Below are positions 8,311 to 18,276 of a DNA stretch of 64,000 nucleotides, one piece after another (the first letter of the stretch is position 1; every line of letters begins with the position of its first letter). The stretch is from an uncultured Bacteroidales bacterium. Lineage in GTDB: Bacteria > Bacteroidota > Bacteroidia > Bacteroidales > UBA4181. The DNA lies in the NCBI GenBank assembly GCA_964349835.1, contig CAYGID010000002.1:50033-114032 (forward strand), in the 5' to 3' direction. The notes beneath the pieces were generated by a model. That model had not been told where the DNA came from, made no database searches, and was given only the letters and a program-made list of their open reading frames with translations. A program made the translations under genes and the position numbers.

Positions 8311-9546
8311 TTACCTTCTTTGATTCAGCTCGGTACGAGCCTCGGAAGGGGGAATGAATTCGCCGTTGCGGACGGCTGTTACGAACGCATCGGGATACTT
8401 TTTCTGAATGTTCTTGAGACGTTCTTGTATTTTGGTATAGCTGGTGGTTTTCCCCACTACATATTTGTTGTGGGTGGCTCCCTTTATCTCTATGACATCG
8501 GTTTCGCCCTTAAAGTTGGCCGGTGTGGGGGTTATGGGTTTCGTTTTTACTGAAGCGGAAATCTGAACGTAGAAATAAATTTCGGCCGCCGACCCGAGAT
8601 CACTTTGGATAGGTGCCGATGGTTCCGATGCCGGGAGTTCCTCTTTAGGCCGGGAAGGCTCTGTTGCTATTGTTGATGAAGCCATGGCCGGTTCGACGGT
8701 AAAGGTACTCTTTTTTTCTACCCGGTTTTTATAGTTTCGGAAGGCATCAAAGAGCGCTTTGGCCATCTTCTCCTGCCCGGCAGTCGAATTGAGGTACTTC
8801 TCCTCGTCGGGGTTCGACATGAACCCTAGCTCCACCAGAACGCTGGGCATGGCCGTTTTGTAAAGCACCAGAAACCCGGCCTGCTTAACGCCTCTGTCAA
8901 CCACAGGTGTGGCTACCTTAACCTGTAGCTGCACAGCTGCTGCCATTTCGAGGCTCTGTTTCAGGTAGGAGTTCTGCATGAGTTGAAAGATGATGTACGA
9001 CTCGGGCGATTTGGGATCGAATCCCTCGTAATGCGATGTGTAATCGTCTTCCATAAGGATGGCGGAGTTTTCGAGCTTGGCAACCTCGATATTCTCTTCG
9101 GCTTTATCGTTTCCCATGATGTAGGTCTCTGCCCCCCTGACGGTCCGTTTTCGGGTGGTAGAGGTTTTGGCGGGCAGGCTGTTTACATGGATTGAGATAA
9201 AGAGATCGGCCTGATTGCGGTTGGCAATGGCGGCTCGTTCAATCAAAGGAATAAAGATATCGGTTTTACGGGTGTAGATAACCTCCACATCGGGCAGATT
9301 TTTCTCAATCAGGGCTCCCAGTTTTAACCCCACCGACAGTACTATATTTTTTTCACGCGCACGGGGAGAGATACATCCCGGATCTTTGCCGCCGTGACCC
9401 GGATCAATGACCACCCGTTTCACCCCGTCGGTGGCTGCCTCAACGGGGTTGGGTAGTAAAAAGAGACAACAACAGGCAATTAGAAGAATCCCGGCAGAGA
9501 ACTGCTTTTTCAGAGGATACTGTACTATGAATCCGGGATAGAACAT
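8311..9546 (-). CDS. N-acetylmuramoyl-L-alanine amidase (Amidase_3) with a C-terminal SPOR domain
   Basis: 411 aa. Contains VIDPGHGGKDPG and a SPOR-like C-terminus (YFYVQISAS...KYPDAFVTAVRNGEF). Confidence 0.85.
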   Translation of the reverse strand: MFYPGFIVQYPLKKQFSAGILLIACCCLFLLPNPVEAATDGVKRVVIDPGHGGKDPGCISPRAREKNIVLSVGLKLGALIEKNLPDVEVIYTRKTDIFIPLIERAAIANRNQADLFISIHVNSLPAKTSTTRKRTVRGAETYIMGNDKAEENIEVAKLENSAILMEDDYTSHYEGFDPKSPESYIIFQLMQNSYLKQSLEMAAAVQLQVKVATPVVDRGVKQAGFLVLYKTAMPSVLVELGFMSNPDEEKYLNSTAGQEKMAKALFDAFRNYKNRVEKKSTFTVEPAMASSTIATEPSRPKEELPASEPSAPIQSDLGSAAEIYFYVQISASVKTKPITPTPANFKGETDVIEIKGATHNKYVVGKTTSYTKIQERLKNIQKKYPDAFVTAVRNGEFIPPSEARTELNQRR

Positions 9547-9570
9547 TCTTACGAAATCGAGAATTTTGTG

Positions 9571-9578
9571 TAGTTTTG
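9571..9578 (+). promoter_or_regulatory. Candidate Bacteroidota -7 box (TAGTTTTG) upstream of the LptD-like gene
   Basis: Matches TAnnTTTG, 50 nt upstream of the start codon. Confidence 0.35.
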
Positions 9579-9609
9579 GCGTCCCGGATCATTGGTGCGG
9601 GGTGCGTCA

Positions 9610-9617
9610 CAAAAATA
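9610..9617 (-). promoter_or_regulatory. Candidate -7 box (TATTTTTG on the minus strand) upstream of the amidase gene
   Basis: Matches TAnnTTTG, 64 nt upstream of the ATG at 9546. Confidence 0.3.
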
Positions 9618-9627
9618 GAGATTAAAA

Positions 9628-12480
9628 TTGTTTTCCGGAATTCTTTCATGCTTTTTTGGCTTTCTTCTCTGTGCGCTACTCTCTGTAAATGCTCACGCGC
9701 AGGGGCTGACTGCGTATGCTCACCGCCCTTCGGCACTTTGGGCTTCGCCTCTTGCTTCCTCTTTTTCGCTTTCGACTCCCGATACCACCCTTTTTACCCA
9801 ATCTGCCCACTCGGCCGATAGTCTGCAGTTTGTGCCCGGGGTCGTTGATGCAAGCGATGTGCCTGTAGTTGTCGGCACAAGGGTCGAGGCGGCACCCGCC
9901 GATTCAACAATTGGTGTCCAAATGAGTGCGGGGGCGCTGGCCGACAGTCTTTCGACCCAGCCCGAATCGGCCTTCTCTACCCCTATCACTTACACTTGGA
10001 AGGATTCGCTTGTTATCTCTCAGAAGGAGCAGAAGGCGTTTCTCTATGGGGGAGCTACTGTAAAGTTTGAGGATAAGCAATTAACGGCCGATTTTATTGA
10101 GTTCGACATGGCCAAAAGCGTGGCGTATGCAACGGGGCGGAAGGATTCTGCGGGGATAATGACTGGCCTTCCGGTCTTTACCCAGGGACAGGAGACATTC
10201 GATGTAAAGAGCCTTTCGTACAATTTTAAAACAAAAAGCGGGGTAATTCACGAGGTTATTACAGAGCAACAGGAGTCGTTTCTACATGCTACGGTTGCTA
10301 AACGGTACGACTCGGGGATTGTGGATATCAGCGACGGAAAATTTACCACATGTGATGCCGATCATCCCCATTTTTATCTGGCCATTTCGAAAGGGCGAAT
10401 GATTCCCGGCAAGAAGATTGTGGCCGGCCCCTCTTACCTTGTTTTAGAGGATGTTCCACTCCCCATCGGGATTCCATTCGGGTTTTTGCCCAACACCGGT
10501 AAACGAAACCAGTCGGGTTTCCTGTTGCCCACCTGGGGTGATGAGGTAGCCCGGGGTTTTAACCTCACCGGAGGAGGATACTACCTGGCTTTGGGAAAAC
10601 ATCTGGATGCCCGTATTACCGGTGATATCTATTCGAAAGGAACCTGGGGACTCGGTGTGGCTTCGAACTATGTAAAAAGATACCGTTTTTCCGGCCAGTT
10701 TAATGGGAGATATTACAAGGATATCACCGGGGAAAAGGGACTCGACCGAACTGCCTCTACCAGTTTCTCTTTGCAGTGGATGCATCGGCAGGATCCTAAG
10801 GCCAATCCTACCTCCACGTTGAATGCAAGCGTCAATTTTAGTACAAAATCGTTCGATCAGAATCACAACTATCAGAATGTAACGCGATTGATGACTAATA
10901 CCAAACAGTCGAGCATCTCCTGGGCCAAAAACTGGCCCTCTAAGCCTTACCGCTTTTCCATGAACCTAAACCATTCTCAGAGTAGTGGGGCCGATATCGT
11001 GCAACTTACCCTTCCGGCAGCCAACTTCTCGGTCGACAGGCTTTACCCTTTTAGAAAGCAGGTTTCTGTAGGAAAGAAAAAGTGGTATGAAGACATCACC
11101 CTTTCGTATAACGCCGAGATGCGCAACGACATCTCTTCGCCCGAAGATAAATTGTTGTCGGATTCGACTCTTAAGAATATGCGGAATGGCTTCAGGCACA
11201 CCATTCCTGTGAACCTAAACGTGAAACTGCTGAAGCAGATTAATATTACCCCTTCGCTCAACTACACCGGTATGCTCTACACCAGTTCGCTCCGTAAACG
11301 CTGGGTTGAGGGCGATCCGGAGGTGAATCCCGAAGGGACAGTGGTGACCGATACAATCAGGAGCCTTTCGTATGCCCATGGTTTTGCTCCCAATATTTCT
11401 GCCTCCTTCTCGCCCAAAATTTATATCCGGGGGCAGGCTCTCAATAAAAATGCAAAGATTCAGGCTATCCGAAATGTGGTGACCACCTCGATTGGCTTCC
11501 GCTATACTCCCGATCTCAAGGAACTTGTTCCCAACTATTTCCGCGATTTGGACTATTCGTATATCGATAAAGAGGGTGAGCGAATCACAAAAACAGAGAG
11601 TTACTCCATTTACCAGGGTTATACCTACGGAACCCCCACCCTTCCCGGGAAAAGTGGAGCCATCTCGCTCTCTATCCGGAACAATCTGGAAGCCAAAGTG
11701 AAATCGGATAAAGATACTACGGGTTTTAAAAAGGTGAAACTGCTTGAAAATCTCTCCTTTTCGACCGGTTACAATATTTTTGCCGACTCCATGCGACTGA
11801 GCGTTGTCTCTATTAACGGAAACACCAGCCTCTTTAATAATCTGGTGAATCTCTCGTTTAGCGGTTCGCTCGATCCCTATTCGATAGATGCCAAGGGTAA
11901 GCGGTATGATAGGCTCACCATTAAAGATGGCAAATTGGGTCGGCTCACCAATATGAGTTTTTCGCCCTCATTCCGATTCCAGGGTGGGCAGGGTAAGCAG
12001 AAGGCACGAGGAGGATCGGGTTTCAATTCAGATCCCTCGCTGATGGAGGATTCCGAAGGGGAGGAAGCTGACGATGATTCGCGCCCGATCGATGCCGAGA
12101 GGTACAGAGCCAATGGAGTAGCTCTGCCCTACGAGTATTTTAAAATCCCGTGGAGCATGGGGGTGAGTTACGACTTTAACTACTCAAAGCCGGGTATTGC
12201 TAAGGCAAATATTGTGCAGACTGTTCGGGTAAACGGTGATTTGAGCCTCACACCCAAATGGAAAGTTTCGTTTAACACCGGTTTCGATGTGCAGGCAAAA
12301 ACGGTAACGCACACCAACTTCACTATCGATCGGGATTTGCACTGCTGGGTGATGTCGCTCAATATATCGCCTTTCGGAGCCTATAAATTCTACGGTTTTC
12401 AGATCAATGTGCGATCGGCTATGCTCCGTGATTTGAAGTATGAGAAATCTCGCTCGCAATACGACAGCCAGTCGTTTTAG
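9628..12480 (+). CDS. LptD-like (OstA-type) LPS-assembly outer membrane protein
   Basis: 950 aa. Signal peptide ends ...SVNAHA-QG, followed by an OstA-like N-terminal region (KAFLYGGATVKFEDKQLTADFIEFDM) and a long beta-rich C-terminus. The only in-frame start after the upstream stop is the TTG at 9628. Confidence 0.7.
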   Translation: MFSGILSCFFGFLLCALLSVNAHAQGLTAYAHRPSALWASPLASSFSLSTPDTTLFTQSAHSADSLQFVPGVVDASDVPVVVGTRVEAAPADSTIGVQMSAGALADSLSTQPESAFSTPITYTWKDSLVISQKEQKAFLYGGATVKFEDKQLTADFIEFDMAKSVAYATGRKDSAGIMTGLPVFTQGQETFDVKSLSYNFKTKSGVIHEVITEQQESFLHATVAKRYDSGIVDISDGKFTTCDADHPHFYLAISKGRMIPGKKIVAGPSYLVLEDVPLPIGIPFGFLPNTGKRNQSGFLLPTWGDEVARGFNLTGGGYYLALGKHLDARITGDIYSKGTWGLGVASNYVKRYRFSGQFNGRYYKDITGEKGLDRTASTSFSLQWMHRQDPKANPTSTLNASVNFSTKSFDQNHNYQNVTRLMTNTKQSSISWAKNWPSKPYRFSMNLNHSQSSGADIVQLTLPAANFSVDRLYPFRKQVSVGKKKWYEDITLSYNAEMRNDISSPEDKLLSDSTLKNMRNGFRHTIPVNLNVKLLKQINITPSLNYTGMLYTSSLRKRWVEGDPEVNPEGTVVTDTIRSLSYAHGFAPNISASFSPKIYIRGQALNKNAKIQAIRNVVTTSIGFRYTPDLKELVPNYFRDLDYSYIDKEGERITKTESYSIYQGYTYGTPTLPGKSGAISLSIRNNLEAKVKSDKDTTGFKKVKLLENLSFSTGYNIFADSMRLSVVSINGNTSLFNNLVNLSFSGSLDPYSIDAKGKRYDRLTIKDGKLGRLTNMSFSPSFRFQGGQGKQKARGGSGFNSDPSLMEDSEGEEADDDSRPIDAERYRANGVALPYEYFKIPWSMGVSYDFNYSKPGIAKANIVQTVRVNGDLSLTPKWKVSFNTGFDVQAKTVTHTNFTIDRDLHCWVMSLNISPFGAYKFYGFQINVRSAMLRDLKYEKSRSQYDSQSF

Positions 12481-12557
12481 CAGGCGGGTCGTATAAAAAT
12501 ATTGTATATTAGCCTGTTTTTAGTTGAGACATCGGGCTTTTTCTTATTCTATCTGTC

Positions 12558-12938
12558 ATGAAACGAATTATCTCTACTCCTCTTGCCCCGGCTGCCATCG
12601 GACCCTATAGCCAGGCCGTCGAAGTAAACGGCTTGCTCTTTGTTTCGGGCCAGATTCCTCTGGATCCGGTTTCGGGTCAGATTTCGGGCACCGACATTAC
12701 TGCGCAGACCGAACAGGTACTGAAGAATATCGGATCGATTCTGGAAGCGGCCGGCTATTCGTACGGCGATGTGGTAAAATCCACCTGCCTTTTGGCCGAT
12801 ATGAATCATTTTTCGGAAATGAACGAAGTCTATAGCCGCTATTTTGTGGAGAGGCAGCCTGCCAGGGCCGCCTTCGCAGTTGCAAAACTGCCTCGTGCGG
12901 TACTAATCGAAATAGAAGTAATTGCTTGTAAAGCCTAA
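12558..12938 (+). CDS. ridA: RidA/YjgF-family reactive intermediate deaminase
   Basis: 126 aa with [12 protein letters not shown]...GQIP. Confidence 0.9.
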   Translation: MKRIISTPLAPAAIGPYSQAVEVNGLLFVSGQIPLDPVSGQISGTDITAQTEQVLKNIGSILEAAGYSYGDVVKSTCLLADMNHFSEMNEVYSRYFVERQPARAAFAVAKLPRAVLIEIEVIACKA

Positions 12939-13429
12939 TGTCAATGACCTTTGCCCGCAAATACCGATACGGTTTCCTCTTTTTGGCTACGCTTTCTGCC
13001 TTGTTGTTGCCATCGTGCGATGATATATGCGAAACGCCCACACTGACAGCCATTGTTGCAGGAACCTACACTGATTCTATTCAACCTGTGCAAACTTACA
13101 CCCTTACCTCGCCGGCTGTTTATGGTGTGGGACGCGATAGTCTGCTTGCACCGGTGGCCGGGAAATGGTTGATGCCCCTTTCGCTTGCAGCCGACAACAT
13201 GCGGTTTGTGGTGGAGGATGATGGTGTAAAGGATACCATCTCCTTTTATTATGCGCGCACTGTTGAGTTTGTGTCGGAGGAGTGTGGCTGTATTGCTGTG
13301 GCCCGAATCGACAGCATTCTCTATTCTATGAACAAACTGAAGCGAGTTGAGATAGTAAAGTCATCTGTCAAAACGGTTTATGTAGATCAAGATAAGCATA
13401 ATGAGGAAAATATACGCCTGTTTTATTAG
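12938..13429 (+). CDS. Hypothetical lipoprotein
   Basis: 163 aa with a lipobox-like LLLPSC. Its start overlaps the ridA stop (TAATG). I recognised no catalytic motif. Confidence 0.5.
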   Translation: MSMTFARKYRYGFLFLATLSALLLPSCDDICETPTLTAIVAGTYTDSIQPVQTYTLTSPAVYGVGRDSLLAPVAGKWLMPLSLAADNMRFVVEDDGVKDTISFYYARTVEFVSEECGCIAVARIDSILYSMNKLKRVEIVKSSVKTVYVDQDKHNEENIRLFY

Positions 13430-14360
13430 TCTTTTCATCACGCTGACTTGGATGTCGGGGCAGGAGGCTCCGGCCAGAACCAGGGCAGCTGCTGATGCTT
13501 CGAAACCTGCGGCAGAGAAGAGCGTGGAGGTGGAGGACACCGTTATCCGCTACAAGAGGATGAGGGGTTTCCGTTTAGGCCTCGACTTCTCGCGAGTGGG
13601 AGCCTCCTTCATCTATGGCGACCGTATGGAGTTGGGCGTGGTTTCCGATTTCGAGGTGAAAGACAGATGGTATTGGGTGGGCGAACTGGGCTTGTCGCAG
13701 GTCGATGTTTTTAAAGCAGGGTGGTCGTATGCAGGCTCGGGGCTTTACGTAAAGTCGGGTTTTAATTACAACTTTCTGCAGCCCGACAATCCTGACTACC
13801 ACGATGCCGCAACGATTGGGTTTCGTTTGGCCGGCAGTACCTTTTCGCAAGAGATGTCGAATATCTCTCTGGGTGATGGATATTGGGGTACTTCAGTAAT
13901 TGAGCACATTCCCTCCAAGGGGGTTACGGTAGGCTGGGTCGAGGCCGTAATAGGTGCAAAGGCCGAACTTTCGAAAAATGTCTATATCGGTGGCGATATT
14001 GGGTTGCGATTCAAACTCTTTGATTCGTCGAACGAGGTAACTCCCTATCATATTCCGGGGTATGGAAAAGGTCACAAGAGCCTTACACCTGCATTCAGTT
14101 ATTATGTACTCTATCTTTTCCCACCCTCCGATCCTGCTGCCAAGGCAGCTCAGCAAAGGAAGCTTCAGCAGCAGAAAGAGCAGGCGCGCAAAAAGGAGTT
14201 GGATCTGAAGGCTCAGGATAAGGCGCTCCGTGAGCAGCGCAGGGTGCAGCGAAATCTCATTAGAATGGAGAGTAAGGGGGTTGTTCCGGTTCCCGAAGTA
14301 GTAGCCGACTCGCTGAAAAGAGCTCCGAAAGCTCCGCCTGCTGCCAATACCGCTAAATAG
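13401..14360 (+). CDS. Hypothetical secreted, probably beta-barrel, protein with a charged K/Q/R-rich C-terminal tail
   Basis: 319 aa. Has a signal peptide, a region of alternating aromatic and Gly residues, and a C-terminal tail AAKAAQQRKLQQQKEQARKKELDLKAQDKALREQRR. Overlaps the preceding lipoprotein gene by 29 nt. Confidence 0.5.
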   Translation: MRKIYACFISLFITLTWMSGQEAPARTRAAADASKPAAEKSVEVEDTVIRYKRMRGFRLGLDFSRVGASFIYGDRMELGVVSDFEVKDRWYWVGELGLSQVDVFKAGWSYAGSGLYVKSGFNYNFLQPDNPDYHDAATIGFRLAGSTFSQEMSNISLGDGYWGTSVIEHIPSKGVTVGWVEAVIGAKAELSKNVYIGGDIGLRFKLFDSSNEVTPYHIPGYGKGHKSLTPAFSYYVLYLFPPSDPAAKAAQQRKLQQQKEQARKKELDLKAQDKALREQRRVQRNLIRMESKGVVPVPEVVADSLKRAPKAPPAANTAK

Positions 14361-14420
14361 ACTTTCGCCCCACCCACTCTTCTATTTTATTGCGGGCTGT
14401 TTTTACAACGATTGTATCCG

Positions 14421-14464
14421 AAAAAAAAGAGGAGGCTGTTTCAGATATCGAAACAGCCTCCTCT
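14421..14464 (-). terminator. Intrinsic terminator downstream of gap
   Basis: Perfect 15-bp stem AGAGGAGGCTGTTTC / GAAACAGCCTCCTCT with a 7-nt loop, followed on the minus strand by T8. Sits between convergent genes. Confidence 0.8.
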
Positions 14465-14488
14465 GGCGTTACGCGAAAATCGCGGAAG

Positions 14489-15574
<1,086 letters not shown>

Positions 15575-15678
15575 TCATAAGGAATTAGTTGCACGAAATC
15601 GAAAAAAAACAGTAACACTTGTTGGCTTTTGTTTCCGAAAACCAACCCTCATCTTCAGATTCATGACGATAATTTTTT

Positions 15679-15686
15679 TACATTTG
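15679..15686 (+). promoter_or_regulatory. Candidate -7 box (TACATTTG) upstream of glyA
   Basis: Matches TAnnTTTG and is preceded by a T-run. It lies 128 nt upstream of the ATG at 15814, which would put the palindromic leader element inside the 5' UTR. Confidence 0.35.
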
Positions 15687-15771
15687 CCGCACCTTAATGA
15701 CCGATCTTACTCTGTGAACAGAACAGGTTGCCTTGCAACACCGAAGAGGGTATGATCAGAATTTTCGGCAT

Positions 15772-15813
15772 CATGGAGCTCCATACTCCCATTTAAAAAC
15801 AAATTATTCCAGT
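15772..15813 (+). repeat. Palindromic leader element, copy upstream of glyA
   Basis: CATGGAGCTCCATA (13 of 14 positions of the palindrome), then CTCCCATTTAAAAACAAATTATTCCAGT, then the ATGAAT of glyA. Confidence 0.65.
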
Positions 15814-17094
15814 ATGAATAGAGACGAGACGATTTTTGGATTAATCGAGCAGGAGAAGAGACGGCAGAGAGTGGGCATTGAACTGATTGCCTCTGAGAAC
15901 TTTGTAAGCGAGCAGGTAATGCAGGCAATGGGTTCGGTCTTAACCAATAAGTATGCCGAGGGATATCCGGGCCGTAGATATTATGGCGGATGCCAGGTTG
16001 TCGATCAGGTTGAACAGCTGGCCATCGACCGGATCAAAACGCTCTTTGGAGCTGTGTGGGCAAACGTACAACCCCATTCCGGTGCTCAGGCCAATGCTGC
16101 CGTCATGTTTGCCTGCCTAAAGCCTGGCGACGTCATTCTGGGCTTCGATCTTTCGCACGGAGGGCATCTTACGCACGGCTCGCCCGTGAACTACTCGGGC
16201 GTACTCTACCAGCCTAAGGCGTATCAGGTTTGTGAAGCCACCGGGAGAGTCGATTACGAGAGCATGGAGGTGGTAGCACAACGCGAGAAACCTAAGATGA
16301 TTATTGCCGGCGCTTCGGCCTATTCGCGCGACTGGGACTATGCCCGCATGCGTGCCATTGCCGACAAGGTAGGCGCGCTGCTCATGGCCGACATATCGCA
16401 CCCTGCGGGTCTTATTGCCAAGGGGTTGCTAAACCATCCCTTTCCTCATTGCCACATTGTTACCACCACAACCCATAAAACCCTTCGTGGCCCCCGTGGC
16501 GGATTGATTCTTCTGGGCAACGATTTTGAGAATCCGTGGGGATACACTACTCCCAAGGGAGAGATAAAAATGATGTCGCAACTGCTCGATTCGGCTGTTT
16601 TTCCCGGTATTCAGGGTGGTCCGCTCGAGCATGTCATTGCTGCTAAGGCGGTGGCATTTGGCGAGGCGCTGACCGAATCGTATGGTGCATATGTAGCCAG
16701 TGTAAAGAGAAATGCCGCAGTAATGGCCTCTGCCTTTATGGATTTAGGTTACAAGGTGATTTCGGGTGGTACCGACAACCACAGTATGCTGATAGATCTT
16801 CGTTCGCGATTCCCCGAACTGACGGGAAAGATGGCTGAGAACGCGCTGGGTCGGGCCGATATTACCATCAACAAGAATATGGTTCCCTTCGACAGTCGGT
16901 CGCCCTTCCTTACATCGGGCATTCGGGTCGGAACTCCGGCCGTTACTACCCGCGGGCTGGTTGAATCCGACATCGTGAAGATTGTGGAGATGATGGACAC
17001 CGTGTTGAAAAATGACACCTGCGAAAAGAGCGCTCTTGCCGTGAAAACCGAGGTAAATGCTATGATGAGCGACAGGCCTCTATTTGCCTGGTAG
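15814..17094 (+). CDS. glyA: Serine hydroxymethyltransferase
   Basis: The track ORF starts at a TTG at 15733. I trimmed it to the ATG at 15814 ([18 protein letters not shown]...), which gives 426 aa, the usual SHMT length. Contains [14 protein letters not shown]. Confidence 0.95.
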   Translation: MNRDETIFGLIEQEKRRQRVGIELIASENFVSEQVMQAMGSVLTNKYAEGYPGRRYYGGCQVVDQVEQLAIDRIKTLFGAVWANVQPHSGAQANAAVMFACLKPGDVILGFDLSHGGHLTHGSPVNYSGVLYQPKAYQVCEATGRVDYESMEVVAQREKPKMIIAGASAYSRDWDYARMRAIADKVGALLMADISHPAGLIAKGLLNHPFPHCHIVTTTTHKTLRGPRGGLILLGNDFENPWGYTTPKGEIKMMSQLLDSAVFPGIQGGPLEHVIAAKAVAFGEALTESYGAYVASVKRNAAVMASAFMDLGYKVISGGTDNHSMLIDLRSRFPELTGKMAENALGRADITINKNMVPFDSRSPFLTSGIRVGTPAVTTRGLVESDIVKIVEMMDTVLKNDTCEKSALAVKTEVNAMMSDRPLFAW

Positions 17095-17109
17095 TTTCCG
17101 GCCCACGAT

Positions 17110-17157
17110 AAAATAGCAGAGGGTGCCTTCAACTTGGAAGGCACCCTCTGCTATTTT
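17110..17157. terminator. Bidirectional hairpin terminator between glyA and the convergent hypothetical gene
   Basis: Perfect 21-bp stem AAAATAGCAGAGGGTGCCTTC / GAAGGCACCCTCTGCTATTTT with a 6-nt loop. The A/T runs are part of the stem on both sides. Confidence 0.8.
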
Positions 17158-17175
17158 GTGGAGGTTTGCGAACGG

Positions 17176-18276
17176 TTACTTAACCTCCATTAAGATACTG
17201 GTGATGGTTCCCATCTGGTAGAGCGGGATGCGTTTTGATGCGAGAGTCTGGCTATTCGAGGCAACCTTTACTTCTACCTGAGCGGGAATTCGGTAATAGA
17301 GCGAGTTCTTGAGAATCTCCTTCTCTTTTTTTGATTTGGCTACCGATTTAGGATGCACAATGGCCATATTATTCACTGCCACCTCGCCCAGTGGCGAGAA
17401 GATACAGGCCACTTCGGCAGCACCCTCCTTACTGTCGGTAAACCCCTGCTGTTCGGAGAAATAAAAAAGCGAGATTTTGCGCGATCCCTCTTCGGGAATG
17501 CACACAAACGATCTCTTGGTCGGAATCTCCATGGAAGTTCCGGTAAACATGGAGAGTAGCGCTGCCTCCTGCAGATCAATCTGCTCAAGCAGAATCTTCA
17601 GGGTTACCCCATCGGGGCTATCATCGGCTTCGCCATTCAGCAGATCTTGCTTCCGTTGCCTGAGGTCGAAAATTTGTTGAGCCAACTCTTTGGCCTGCGC
17701 ATCTTTGGGTAGGTGTTGAAGCTTTTTGATTACAAGCGGCTCTTTTACAAAGGCGGTATCTTTCAGCATCACCTGAAAGAGCGTGTCGACCGTTTGAAAG
17801 AGGGGGCTTTCAATGACCATGTTTTTAAAACCTGTTGTGATTTCGGCCGGAGCAAATTGGCCGGAGGCCAGAAAGCTGGAGAGGCTCATATCGAGAAGAG
17901 CTCCCTCTTTGGTTAAGGTAATGAGCCGCTCAATATTCTTGGGGTAATTTTTAAAGGTAATCACATAGTATTGCGAAGGATCCATTTCAAAGTGCTCAGA
18001 GATGGCAGCGTTTGCGATGCGCCAGGAAACGATATCCTGTTGGGCGACGTTCATCTGAAGGTACTTGGCGGCAAATTCGGCAAAGGGTCCCTTTCTGGCC
18101 ACAGTCTGCACCAATTCCACATCGACCTTAAGAGTGGTTTTGGGCAAGCCATACAGGAGCGTATTGTTGGCCAAAGGGGTACCCATCGCATAGGGGGTGG
18201 TTTGAAAGGTTTGCGCTATGCCGGGCATACTTGCGAGGAGAATTCCCAACCCGGCCAGTACGAGATTTTTAATCAT
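17176..18276 (-). CDS. Hypothetical secreted protein
   Basis: 366 aa with signal peptide MIKNLVLAGLGILLASMPGIAQ. Its start overlaps the nnr stop by 4 bp (ATGA). Function not recognisable. Confidence 0.5.
   Translation of the reverse strand: MIKNLVLAGLGILLASMPGIAQTFQTTPYAMGTPLANNTLLYGLPKTTLKVDVELVQTVARKGPFAEFAAKYLQMNVAQQDIVSWRIANAAISEHFEMDPSQYYVITFKNYPKNIERLITLTKEGALLDMSLSSFLASGQFAPAEITTGFKNMVIESPLFQTVDTLFQVMLKDTAFVKEPLVIKKLQHLPKDAQAKELAQQIFDLRQRKQDLLNGEADDSPDGVTLKILLEQIDLQEAALLSMFTGTSMEIPTKRSFVCIPEEGSRKISLFYFSEQQGFTDSKEGAAEVACIFSPLGEVAVNNMAIVHPKSVAKSKKEKEILKNSLYYRIPAQVEVKVASNSQTLASKRIPLYQMGTITSILMEVK

Noticed and set aside
8294-8315. Hairpin GGTAAACGG-ctgt-CCGTTTACC overlapping the amidase stop codon.
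   Set aside because: It has no U-tract on the relevant strand, and the downstream MlaD gene starts 43 nt later. The two genes are probably co-transcribed, so I did not call it a terminator.
15733-15813. 27-codon N-terminal extension of glyA from a TTG start.
   Set aside because: SHMT orthologues start near MNRDE..., and the extension merely reads through the palindromic leader element.
15687-15813. Possible riboswitch (ZTP/pfl or THF) in the glyA leader.
   Set aside because: I could not find the conserved cores (for ZTP, for example, GGGTCGTGAC...CCGCCTGGGCA). Only the palindromic leader element is present. An Rfam scan would settle this.
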